Assembly (NCBI GenBank): GCA_907165135.1
Contig: OU015566.1
Span: forward strand, 9,114,001-9,178,000
Origin: Oikopleura dioica
Lineage: Eukaryota > Animalia > Chordata
Length of the DNA stretch: 64,000 bases
Reading direction: 5' to 3'
Shown here: positions 1 to 11,623 of the stretch, one piece after another
Layout of the letters: the number at the start of each line of letters is the position of its first letter
Numbering within the stretch: position 1 is the first letter of the stretch
Notes under the pieces: model-generated
Told to the model about the DNA's origin: nothing
Databases searched by the model: none
Seen by the model: the letters and a program-made list of their open reading frames with translations, nothing else
Position numbers and translations under genes: made by a program

Positions 1-596
1 GGTCGACTCTTTTAGGTCTTGGTTTTGGAATTTTTCAATAAAATGAAATCACAAAATTAAGTTTTTATTTTTTGAAAGCCAAAATAAGCAAAGATTTCAA
101 CGTTCAAATAAGTGTGAATGAATCTGTAGAAGACTCGATTGAAGTGATTCAAGAAGAACCAGAGCCTGATGAGAGCGAAATCACTATGGAACGAACTGCT
201 ACAAAAGTCAAGTTCTCTGAAGTCATTCATGAAATTCCACAACCCGAGAGCCGCGAAGAATCACCTGTTGTTCCGCTTTCAAGGAAAGAATTGATGCGAC
301 AAAGGAGAAGAAACGACAGTATAAAGAAAATATGATAAATGTATATTTCTGTACTTTATAAATTATCAATTTTAATAAAGCAAATGAGTAATGAATGACA
401 ACTCTTTCAGACTTAGGATAGACGACAGCAGGGGGCTCAAGGTGATTATTGTTTCCATTTTGAAAACGGAAATTGTCCCAAAATCCGCGGGATTTGTATT
501 TCAACGCTGGAAAACGAGGATGCACAATTGCGTTGCGTAGATGGCGTAAATTGGCACGTAAATTGTGACAAGCGAATCTGAATAAATAAGATAATC

Positions 597-712
597 GAGT
601 AGGGCCCATTAGGTGTAAATACCCATTAGGTGTAAATTCCATTAGGTGTAATTTTCTAGAAGGTGTAACACACCTAATGGATATTTACACCTAATGGGAA
701 CTTACACCTATT
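597..712 (+). repeat. Left TIR of the MULE, itself palindromic (TAGGTGTAA units direct then inverted)
   Basis: Matches the reverse complement of 7581-7697 with few mismatches. Confidence 0.92.
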
Positions 713-829
713 GGGTGAAAATTCTTTGTTTTGGGACATTTGGTGTAAATTGTTGCCGAATTCATTTCTTTCGATCGAAAAAACTCTGCGAAATCCGACT
801 GCTGACGAGAAAATACAAAGAAAAACAAG

Positions 830-1600
830 AAAAAAAACCTTGATCTGCCTGAATATAAATAATACGAATAAAAGAGATTCTCAATAAAACCGGTCAAGAA
901 GGAAGCTCTTTGATAATATCGTCCTTGAAGCCTCTTTATTTTTATAAAATGAAACGACTTCTGCAGGAACCAAAGCATCGGACTTGAATTTACTTGCTCC
1001 ATCAAAATCTTTTTCATCGAACTTTTTCTTTGGAAGCGAGCTCTGCGTTTGATTCGTTTATACAAGCCGATCATAATGCCTTTACACAGTTTTTGAATAC
1101 TTCCCTCTAAATAATTGACAACAGAAGGAAATTCGTCACGAAGTAGGACAGTACCTGATTTGTACTTTTCGATGAAGAGACAAATCTCATGAATGAATCC
1201 TAACGAGCCAATAGTTGCAATCGACTTTTCCGAGTTAAGCTGCGACAGGATAATCATCGACTCGTTAACGACATCTTTACATTTTGACGTGCGCACAATA
1301 CTGTACAAAGGTCGTAGTAGTTCTGAAGTGACGCAGCCAAATTGGAGCAATTTCAGGCACTAAATCACGATCGCGTCGTTTTCTTTGTGACTAAGCATGG
1401 TGAGCAGAAGTGGTCGGGAGTTCTGTGTCAGTTTCTCGCTCTTTGTGAAAAAGAAATCGCTGTAGCTGCTGAGGAGGACTTGTAGTATTTCTCAAGATAT
1501 GCCATCGAATCTTTGAGGTTGAGGTCTGCTTTCGGAGCTGGTACTTTCGTATTCATTGAGATCTTCATCCATTTGCAGCTGCGTTGTCGTTTTGCTTAAA
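830..1600 (-). pseudogene. Unidentified passenger ORF in the MULE (helical, possibly ARM/HEAT-like), two in-frame stops
   Basis: ORF 691-1350 extends upstream in frame through a TAG near 1360 and a TGA near 1493 (...GIS*EILQVLL...AIVI*CLKLLQFG...). Confidence 0.45.
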
Positions 1601-1738
1601 ACACTGTTATACAATTATATTGACTATATGAATTTGAATTCTAGTGCTTCTAGAACTTAAGTCTACAGATATTTTCATAAAAATTGAACATTTACTTCTC
1701 GATTTTCTGCAGGAGTCTACTTATTATTAGAGATAAAA

Positions 1739-4700
1739 ATGAAGCGTAAAAAGGATGATGAAAAGAATGAGGATTTGGAATTAACAAAAGAAGTCAGCGA
1801 CATGGTTAAGAAAGCGCCAAAAGCTAAACTTGAGCTCAAAGACTTGCTTACGCCTGAACGTCCCCCAACGATGATTGAAACTCAAGAAATCATCGATGAT
1901 TCTACCAGTACCGATCCAAAGGAAAAGTGCTCTTTATTAATAATTGAATTACCTTGCAATTTGTCGTAAGGATAAACTTCCAAGTAGCCTCGGTCAGAAA
2001 TGAGCAACCCTTTCGCGGAGAACTCTTCATCATCAAATTGAAATCTTGAGAGCACTAAATAGTTGATATCAGTTCAATTGGCAACAAGCATGGTCAATTT
2101 CATTTTCTTTATTTGCTTTGGACCTAATGAATTGTTCTCATATACTCCGCGCAATAAAGACGATTTTCAAGATCTTCCAAAAGAACTAGCAGCAAAATAT
2201 CCAGGAGCAGGTCAAATAGAATGATTTACCCTTTAATATATACGGCATGCATCTTTAGGGCATTAACTTACCTAAAACGCTTCTCAATCGAGTAAATCAT
2301 GTTGTGGACATCGCTTTGGCACTGTTGCTTGCCAAAATGCTGGAATTGTGACGGTTTTTTCGTGCGCTGAAATCAAAAATTATCATTTTGAGATCTGTTA
2401 AAAAGGATGGAAAAGAATGAATCTCAACTGTCAAAACCACCACGTTCGAAAGAATCTGGAAACATCTAACTGTAAAGCGAAAATATCGGTGCTTGTACGA
2501 AATTCTGATTACAAATCGAAAGAATTTTACGATGTTGAAAACTTTATAATCTACGATCCAAGAAAATCTCATGTGGCGTTTGAAGTTTGTGGCTTTGGTG
2601 GTCATTTGAATGCACTGATTGATTGTTGGAAAAGATATGTGGTTTACAGATTCCGTCGAAACGAGCTTGAATCACAGCCCCGGACTTCGAGAAAAATGCT
2701 TGAATTGTTGCAAGATGAAGTCGTTGACAGTGAAATTTCAAATCGAATTTTCGGTGGAAATGCCAAAAAGAATGCCAAAAAAGCGGCGCTTCGATTTAAA
2801 AACTCAAATGTCGCTGCCAAGGAAAAACAAATTGTGCCGACAAAATGCCACTTCTTATATATGTTTCAACGATGGTGGGCGGATTCACGACTCCCTTCCC
2901 TTAGCAACGATTTCACGCGCCACAATATAGTGTTTTTTTTTGGACCATGACGCTCGCCGAAGTGAATATGCATCAAGTCTCAATATAGGAAGAGTTTTTT
3001 ACCTTTATTGAGTACAGTTGAGTTGTTGTTATTGTAGATGAGACAGGTTGTTTGTGAGTTCGCTCGTGATCTGAAAAAAAATATGAAACTCGAAAAGATG
3101 GAATAATGAGTGTCGTGAGTGCCGTCAAAAAACAGTGGCCACAACTTGTGATGGTAACCGAACCTTGCCGCGATCAATCGAACAAATTCAAGGTCGGGTT
3201 TTTTTTATTTAAGTCGCTTGGTGTCGCTTATTCGGGCTTTTGTTTTCGGGGTAATCATCAAAAATCGACGGTGCGTTAAAAAAACCTGTCAAGGGTTATT
3301 GCGTTGACCGAATGACTTGTCTCCTCAAAGATCACAAAGCGGAAACATATGAAGCGTTATGGGCATTCTTCAAAAGCCAAACGAATGGGCTCCCTAATCT
3401 TCGCTATGTGTGCAGTGACTGGGAGAAATCCTTTATCTCTGCTCACAAAACTGTCCTGCCCGGCGTTATTCATATAAAGTGTTCCTTCCACTTGTATCAA
3501 TCCTGGAAACGCCGGGCAGGACAGGAAGGCCTCTTGAAGGCTTGGGAGGAAGAACGGACACAAGTCATCAGGAAGGTTTTATAAAATGAGATTGCTAACA
3601 TTTGCTATTTTACCTTTGATCTTTTAGCATCAGCTGATTTGTAGATAAGTTTCCGCTCTCCGACTCGCTTGAGGTTTCGGTTGCCATTCGGGCAAATCTT
3701 CTGCGGAAGATGAATTTTTTCTGACTGAGCTTCAAAATGAAGAATACACAGGCGCTTTTGGTCTTCATTGGAGGTGTGTATTGATAACTGTGCGCTTAGA
3801 ATGGGTATTATTTGAAATCAATTAAAAATCGTCCACAAAATCAAATTCTGACGTATTTTCGTACCTTGGCAAATAGTATCGATGAACTTGATTTTTTTTG
3901 TTGCTAGTTTGCGCTCTTGGTTGACTTAATAAAGGACTTGTAGTTTTGCTCAGCTTTTTCTTTTCTCCGGCTTTGAGGACTTCCTCGATGTTCAGATTGA
4001 CATCGAGAGCTCCTGTGCATTCGCCAGCGAAGATCTTTCTCGCTCCGTGACGGATCATGTTCAACATTTCCTTTTGATTGAGCTTCTTGTTCTGATCTAT
4101 TGATCATCGTTGAGGGTTTCTAAAAGGGGGATTAGTATTGTGAAAGTCAGTTAATTTCATTTTATAAAATCAATAAGGAATTGTCTGTATTCTGCGCCTT
4201 ATTTCCCTGTTGGACAAGATGAATTTCGGGCTGTTTTCATCGAAATCATCACAGAAGAGTGCCAAAAAAATCTTGAAATCGACGGTAATGCTGTTGAGTC
4301 GATGGATGTTGATGACGAAAACGCGAAAAAAGAGGTGGATGTTGATGATGACGAAAACGCGAAAGAAAAGGTGGATGTTGATGACGGCGAAAAGAAGAAA
4401 AAGAAGAATGGATGGATCGCTTATCGCGACTACCTCCTCAAGAACTATTTCAACGAAGACGCCACATTCAAGCCTAGTGAATGGGCCGATAAATCATCCA
4501 ATATGATCAAAACTGGGGAAATCGATAGCACTAATAACGCCAGGCTTGGTTTGATCATTTTTACCTAAATTTTTCTCCATGATTTCGACCACGGTCTCTC
4601 TATTTTTATTCGAATTGAGCAGCGCTTCTCATCAGCTTCATGACCAGCGACAACAACAGCTTGACTCGTTTCTAAAATATCAATTAACTTTTGAAATCAA

Positions 4701-4850
4701 CGATGAACCAAGATTTAGCGAGAGTGTAAATGCACGACTCTTGCGCGGTCTGCAGTCTAAGCCTGATGTTCAAGAGCTTTGCAAAGTGATCACAAATCGC
4801 AAGAAAACGACGTTTAACGATGAGTTGAGCTATCTTGAAGATGGAAAATG
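1739..4850 (+). CDS. Spliced MULE-family DDE transposase, probably with frameshifts; exon limits approximate
   Basis: CDGNRTLP (~3147, first Asp), SDWEKSFISAHKTVLPGVIHIKCSFHLYQSW (ORF 3312-3584, second Asp and CxxH), NYF...W...TNNA|SESVN (third acidic residue after intron 4544-4718). Confidence 0.85.
3957..4097 (-). pseudogene. Fragment resembling the ISWI/SNF2L post-helicase region, inside a transposase intron
   Basis: DQNKKLNQKEMLNMIRHGARKIFAG...NIEEVLKAGEKK resembles recalled ISWI [25 protein letters not shown]...DIDGILERGAKK. Confidence 0.7.
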
Positions 4851-6166
4851 GCCAATAAAAACAACGCAAAAACTGGTACAACATGGATGGTTAAATTTAA
4901 CGCTATGCAACGATTCTATCGAAAGTTGGATCGACAGTCTTCTTCCATGCCTCTAAAAATAAGCCATGCTGAGCTGAAAAAGCTTGTAATATCGACTTCA
5001 AAAGATCTAAAAGGGGCGTCGACCGAGGCAAAAAGATTACTCTCTTCAAAAGACGCACTTGACAAGTTCCTTTGTGACCTGGATCGCAGAAATCCAGTGT
5101 TTGAGACTTTTCTCGCTGGAATGAATTTCAATTTGGTCGAAAAGAAAGAAGAAAACGCAAAAAAGAAAAAGGGCTCACCTGGTCATGAAATCAACGAAGA
5201 GAACCTTCCAGCAATGGGCGAGCATAGCGGCGCCTTTGTGAGGAAAACAGATGAAATCAAGGAAGAAAAGCGTCGTATTGATGTCCTTGAAGAAGCCGCG
5301 GAATACACAGAAGTTAAGACAGCAACAAACAACGATGAATCGTCCAATTCCATTCTTCTTGAGGAATCTGAAAATGCAATGAAATACGAAAACGAGCTTG
5401 ATAGAAAAATGTTCAAAACTCCAACTTTCAAGTTTGAAAAGTTTAATGGCTACAAGATGTCATTTGAAGCAGAAAATATCGCTAAAAATATACAAAAATG
5501 GCCTGAAGGACAGCTGGTCAATTTAATAGAAAAGGAGGAAGTTCGCGTCCGAGATCTGTTGCCACTTTACAAACTTCGAACAGAAACAAAAGACAAAATT
5601 CTGGACTTGTTTATCATCATTATGAGACATTACCAACAGCAACACCAAACTAATGATATTATTCTTGAAGACACGAAATTCTCACAAATGGTCTTTCAAG
5701 GAAAAAATTTTGCTGGTACTGGTTATCATCCATCAGAAATAAAACGATTTGTTTGCCCTGTCTTTATCCCTGGTCGAGTTGGACACTGGATAATTGTCAA
5801 GGCGGATAGAGAGGAAAAAAATATTTACAATTTACGACTCTTTGAATTTCGAAGATTATGGAGATGTCTATCAAGGCAAATTTCAAAAAATATTAGATTA
5901 ATTAACCGTATCATAAGCGCAATTGGAAATTTAATTAAGTGTTTCTTGAAGTATTCGAAGAAGACGAAAAGGACTGGGCTCCTATATATCAAAAATGCCC
6001 AAAACAAAAATACATGGACTGCGGCATTAATGTGGCGTATGGATTATTTTTCATCGTGTGCCTAAATCTGGAGAACTATTCAACAAAACTCAAGGAGAGC
6101 TCCAAAAATTTACGACTAAATTTGGCAGCGTGCATATCCACTGGCGAATTAATGATTGGTACCTGA
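4848..6166 (+). CDS. Transposase C-terminal region plus Ulp1/SENP-like (C48) cysteine protease domain
   Basis: GHWIIV (His), TIYDSL in an alternative frame near 5830 (Asp), PKQKYMDCGINV (Gln, Cys; ORF 5939-6166). One frameshift near 5820-5830. Confidence 0.82.
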
Positions 6167-6167
6167 T

Positions 6168-6845
6168 GTTTGGCGAACCAGCTGTAAGATTTTACTTTCC
6201 AGTACTTCTTTTTCTTAAATAAACATAATCAGAAACAGAGATTTATTCAGTTATTTACTTTCGAGTACAAAAGCGTATCGCTGAGCCCCTCAACCGCAAC
6301 TGCGAGGCGTTGATTATGCCAGGACATTTGGAGGACGTCGCCTTCGAAGCCTTCGATTTCGCGAGCTTCTTCGTCCGGGCCCATGATTCCTTCGAAAGAC
6401 GCGATGAAGATCTAAAATGAGGGTGAGAAATCGTAAACATGGACGGAGCACTTGCCTTGTTTTTGATGGCGAAAATGATCTTTTGATCGTCATGTGACCA
6501 ACAGACGTTCAAAGCAGGGCCTTCCAAATTGCACCAGGTTCCTTCATTTGTCCAGGTTACGCAGCTGAAAGAACAGTTTATTGGTCATAAATTGAGCGCA
6601 GTTTTACCTAAAAATGGCGATAGAATCGCTTTCAGAAACGACCAGTTTCTCTCCCGAGTTACTAAATCCGACGAAGGCAACACAACTTGTCCAACTTGTC
6701 GCTGAACGAGTTCTTCTCGATCCGAGTCCCAGATTTAGACAAAAGTCGCGTTCTTCGAACTCAGCGCCAGAAGCGAGCTGAACGGGTCCCAAGAAAGCGA
6801 GTGGATCGGCTTCAAAACTTTGCCAAAAAAGGTCGACATTTTCCG
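6168..6845 (-). pseudogene. Captured intron-containing Aladin (AAAS)-like WD40 fragment
   Basis: Spliced translation KPIHSLSWDPFSSLLALSS..FV*IWDS, FSNSGEKLVV..IFR|CVTWTNEGTWCNLEGPALNVCWSHDDQKIIFAI, EGDVLQMSWHNQRLAV is collinear with recalled AAAS repeats. Stop at 6735-6737, a frameshift at a duplicated ACAAGTTG, and three short introns. Confidence 0.72.
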
Positions 6846-7580
6846 CGAAGGAAAGTTCTTCGTGACAGACGTTCGTGCTCTCGAGGAATTGGTCATCAGC
6901 GCCGCCTGGATTTCGCGTTCGACGCTAGAATTTTACAATTTATTTTCAAAAATCCCTTCTAAAAGATTACCTCAAGTTCATGAGTCAGCGGTCGAGGGAG
7001 ATTCTCAACGATTTGATGAACTGGTCTTCCTTTTTCTGCGAATATTAACTTTCCTCTTGATTCGGAGTAGCATCTCTCTTCTGCTCCTGGACTCATCATT
7101 TTTCAGCCGGGCTGTTTTCATTAAGCTTCAATTCTTCTTCTCTTTTGTGAATATACATTTGATCATCTATCTGTAATCAAAAAAGGTACCATTAAAGGTC
7201 CTACGGGTTAGTTTTAAATATAAAAATTTATCAGAAAAAATTGCAGGAAATAGATTAAACTTCAGCTAAATAAACGTCGGCAAGAAAACATATTTCGCAG
7301 AAAGATTTCTCGTTTGAAAAAAGAAAGAAAAATGATAATTCATTGAGCGCAAATGACGAAACGCTTCAGCTTGTCACGATTACTCATCGATAGCGCGCGA
7401 TTTTCAAATTTTGACTTCGAAAATTGCTCGAAAAGATGTTTTTTGTTTCTTGAGTGCAATTTAGAAAGAATTAAAAAAAAATATTTTTCCAAAAAAAAAT
7501 GCTCGTTGGGGGGTCGTCGAGAATGTGTGACAGCTTGTGTCGATCCCTTTTTTACAAAATAATTTTGAAAAATATTGAAC

Positions 7581-7697
7581 AATTAGGTGTAAATACCCAT
7601 TAGGTGTAAATATCTATTAGGTGTGTTACACCTTCTAGAAAATTACACTAAATGGGTATTTACACCTAATGGGATTTACACCTAATGGGCCTCACCC
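7581..7697 (-). repeat. Right TIR of the MULE
   Basis: Reverse complement of 597-712. Confidence 0.92.
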
Positions 7698-9616
7698 AAG
7701 ATAATCGACACGTTTTTCATCACCATGATTCACCAAAAGAATTTCTAGCGAAAGGGACATCTTTCCCGGAAGCTGTTCTTGATTTAAGAAGCTCATTCTT
7801 ACTCATGGTCAAACAATTTTTGTATAACAAAGTATCAATGGGATCAAGGACGATTATTAATCGTCGATTAACAAACGGCCTTGATGTTTTTTCATCTAGA
7901 ATTTTCCCAAACGATCTTGACTCAAGATTATTGAGAATGAAACTGAACCATGTTATTGACTTCCTTGAAATAAGTGATGAGTAGTAAATGTCAAAATTTC
8001 CGTCTCTAATTATTTCCTCAAGCTGAAGTTCAACCGGATTGAGCGACTCAAGTTGAGCAATAAAAATGTTCCGACTTTAACTTGTTAAATATTTGAAATC
8101 GAATCTGAGGGATACAGTATCCCGGATTCTTTACGAGCCATATGACAAGTGGAGTTCGTAAAATATCTACGGGCACATTGGAAGTGTTCCGAAGTATCGC
8201 GTGCGAATGTTGGTCTACCGGAGGAAAAATGAATATATTTAGCGTGCACTGTTTTTTCTTGCTCAAGTGATTGCTCGAGCCATCTTAGAAGCTCTCACAA
8301 GTTCAAAGAGCTCTTACAGTAGAAAGAAATAAGTGGTTTCATCATTGAGATCACACGATTGATGAGAATTTCAAAAAGCCCTCCGTAGTGGTCTCCGGAG
8401 GGGGGAGATTTTCCGGTTTTATTTTTGTCTTTGGACAATACTGTGACATTTATACAGTGTTTTCTTATTTCAAAGGTAGAAAAAAATCATTATTTTGATT
8501 TAACTTTTGATGAGATAACAGACTTCCTCGACGTCTGTTTGTGAAAAAAACTCCTTTATTCCAAAATGAGAGGGATTTAAACTGACTGTTTTGTCCAAGT
8601 TACATGAGTCTGCTTCGAGGAAGAAGGTGTTAGTAATGACAAAAACGTAATGATGGGAAATTAAAGATTTGCGTGTGAATATTTGCGTAGAGGGAGTCCT
8701 CGGGACGTTGCTTATTGTAAACGTATATTTCTGACGGCGAGATCACGCATTCCTAGCCACTCACTAAATCCCCACCAATTTCCTCACAAGAGCGCACTTC
8801 TACCGACAATTATCCCAAAAGAAGAAAGAAATCATCGAGGAGTCCCCCGAGCGCAGCAGAGAGCGCCGCCAGAACAAGTGTTTAAAAGAGAGCACGAATT
8901 TTTGAAATCATCATAAATCGAAACAAGGAGAAAAAAAAACGAAGTTGAACAACAAGAAGTCCTTAGAAAATCATTTCAGCATCGTTCATCAATAATAAAA
9001 ACGAGGTAGGCTGGAACAACAACAAATGCCGAATTCACAGACTTGTTTTATGGAAACGCGTTTCGAGTTCAAACAAATATACTGAAAATCGTCTGAAAGA
9101 GAACCTTACTAGATGAAAGAGAAAGAGACACCAAATCATCCACTTTTTCATTGTCGGAAAGTAGAGGAAGCTCTTCTTATAAAAAAAGTTTATTGGCTCG
9201 TTTTCAAAAAATATAGCAGTGAATATGAACTCGGCAAATATTCTAATTTACCCGAGATCGGACGGTCCTTTTCACGTTCATAAAATCTGTCAAATTATTT
9301 GCCCAGGCCATTCCATGAAAAGGCACTAAATTAATCTAGGTCTATTTTCAGATCTACTCCTGTGCGTCGCCAAAACGAAAGAACCTCCCACTTCGTAAAA
9401 TACGCAGAAGAAAAATTTACAAAACGAACACTTCCGAATCGGAGACCAAAATGCAGATTATGCTGATTCTACTGTCGTCACAACTGTATCTCATCGGATC
9501 AGTCGCAGGAAGCCCGTGCAGTAAGAAGAACTGTCACAACGTAAGTGAGAATATTTTTAAGCGGGAGATACAGATTGAGATAAAGCTGACAGTAATATGT
9601 ACTCAATGATATTTTC

Positions 9617-9838
9617 GGCTGCTCCTATTTTCAGTAGATTTTTTTCTGGACCTATTTTTCAAATCGATTTTTAAGGGTGTCAGGGGCCTTCCGGCCCCTC
9701 AAACCCTGGCAAAAACCCGGCCCGGGATCCGGGCTTTCTTTTGGTCCAGTCAGACACCCTTAATTATTATTCTAACACACTTAAAAATTGGTTTGAAAAA
9801 TAGGTCCAGAAAAAAATCTACTGAAAATAGGAGTTGCC
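9617..9838. mobile_element. Mutator-type MITE (222 bp)
   Basis: ~58-bp TIRs (GGCTGCTCC / GGCAACTCC...); 9-bp TSD GATATTTTC at 9608-9616 and 9839-9847. Confidence 0.85.
9675..9759. mobile_element. Possible tiny TTAA-flanked element (GGGTGTC...GACACCC) inside the MITE
   Basis: TTAA at 9671-9674 and 9760-9763; same 7-bp termini as the elements at 20436 and 57400. Could instead be part of the host MITE arms. Confidence 0.45.
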
Positions 9839-11623
9839 GATATTTTCGGATAATTTTGGTTTACCATCGGAAATTCTTAATTCGGGGGTCGCAGTAATCC
9901 AATACACCTCTGAATAAAAGGCTTATTGTTGACATCTAAACTTATTTGACATCATTATCCATTGAAGCTTTGAACTTTTTTAAAAAGGCATTTTTGAAAA
10001 TCTATCTATTGAATTTGAAAAACTTGAGTTTGAATTATTAATGGAAGATTAAAGATAATGCTCTTGTGTGACCCTCCAGGCTTCCGGTTCTCAGCTATTT
10101 TCAAGCTTCCGTTTTTTCTCCCCGGAACGTTCGTTGAGCAAATAAAGATGGAAAGTGAATCTGTACTTTTAGTGTCACACTGTCGTGCAGTACAAAAAGG
10201 GGCCGCCGCCGTTAATCCAAAAGTGCTCGATGCTCATTTCAGCTCAGAACTGCTGCTCCTCGTACTTTATGGTAAATGCAAAAGCTGTCAGTTAATGACG
10301 TAAAGAAGTCCTGATCATAAATAACTAAATTCTCAACAACTTGTAGACGAAATTCTTGTCTTTCGGAGATTCCATAAGAAGCGTCAAATAGTAAGGATGT
10401 CGAGCATCCGGTGACTCACTTTCTCCGGATATTTGACCAGAGATGCATTCTCAGCAAAAGCTGAATTTTAAAATTTTATAAAATGTCTACTTAATATCGG
10501 TTAAATTATTAGACCGAGACAAATCGCGTCATTTTTAATTGACAATCGAGAAATAAAAATATTAATGCTATCTGAGTACCTATCAGACTTACCAGAATCG
10601 CGCTAATTGAAGCATTATGAGATTGAGAACCTTCCATTATATTCTTTAGTCCGATCATATGGCTTTCTCGCAGAGCTGCAAACCTGGATGCATTTGCGAA
10701 GGGATGACACTGAAAGACAGTCCCTCGATTCCTGTAGATGTTGCTTTATCCGAGCTTGATGAATTGTAAGTTGACGATTTTAGTTAGGTTTAGTTAGGTT
10801 TTTTTCTGTTTTTGACCTTTCTTAACTAGGATAATCAAAGTTATTCGAACTTAGGTTGAAAAGAGGTCATTTTCACCATATTGACAAGTTAGAGGTCAAA
10901 AGCCGTTAAATTTCAGTGACTGAAGTTCAGTCGATAATTGCCCTAATTTACTTTCACTTATTTCGTAAAGGAAAAAAGTTTATGAAAACAGATTCTTAAG
11001 TCGCCAAATGGGAGAGCTAAATTTGCCCAGCTCAGAAGAAATTTGCGATCCGATTGTTGACAAAAGCGCGTACAATATAACAATTATGGCGCTTCTTGGC
11101 GTTCTTACATCTTTCTTTGCTGTCATCAGGTGAAAATTCTCACGATGGCCTTTCATTACGAAGTTTTTTTAGCTACGGCTTTTATAAGCGAAACTCTATG
11201 AACCCAGCTTCGGGAAAGCTGCGCCAAGTTAAGAAGAAAAAATCTTGCGACGTGAAGTCTTCCTTGACTGCAACTGCTATTCATGCGGCGATGACGTCTT
11301 CCACGATTGCCGATATGAGCGGAGAGCCACAGAAAAAAGTTGCGAGCGATTCAAAAGAAGACGATGAGTTTGTACAAGTAACGAGCCATGTAAATAACAG
11401 ATCACATCATTCAACTGCAACTAACTCATGACAACACAAGTGATACAAATAAATTAAACTTGTTCCAAATAAGATTTATTTTAAAGTATCTGGAAGACTT
11501 ATGCGTCTCGCAATAATCCTTTCTTCTTCTGAAGACATCTGTACATTGGACGATCCTTAGGCATAATAGTACAAAAATCGACCGTTTTTAGACTGTTCTT
11601 CTATAAAAAATTTGTAACAAAAG

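Larger units (their letters stand above)
597..7697 (+). mobile_element. Mutator-like (MULE) DNA transposon, 7.1 kb, with transposase, Ulp1 domain and captured gene fragments
   Basis: 9-bp direct repeat AAGATAATC at 588-596 and 7698-7706; ~115-bp terminal inverted repeats starting GAGTAGGGCCCATT / GGGTGAGGCCCATT; internal MULE transposase motifs. Confidence 0.93.

Noticed and set aside
350-8300. Defined host gene disrupted by the large MULE
   Set aside because: Rejoining the flanks gives short open frames on the minus strand but no unambiguous or recognisable protein.
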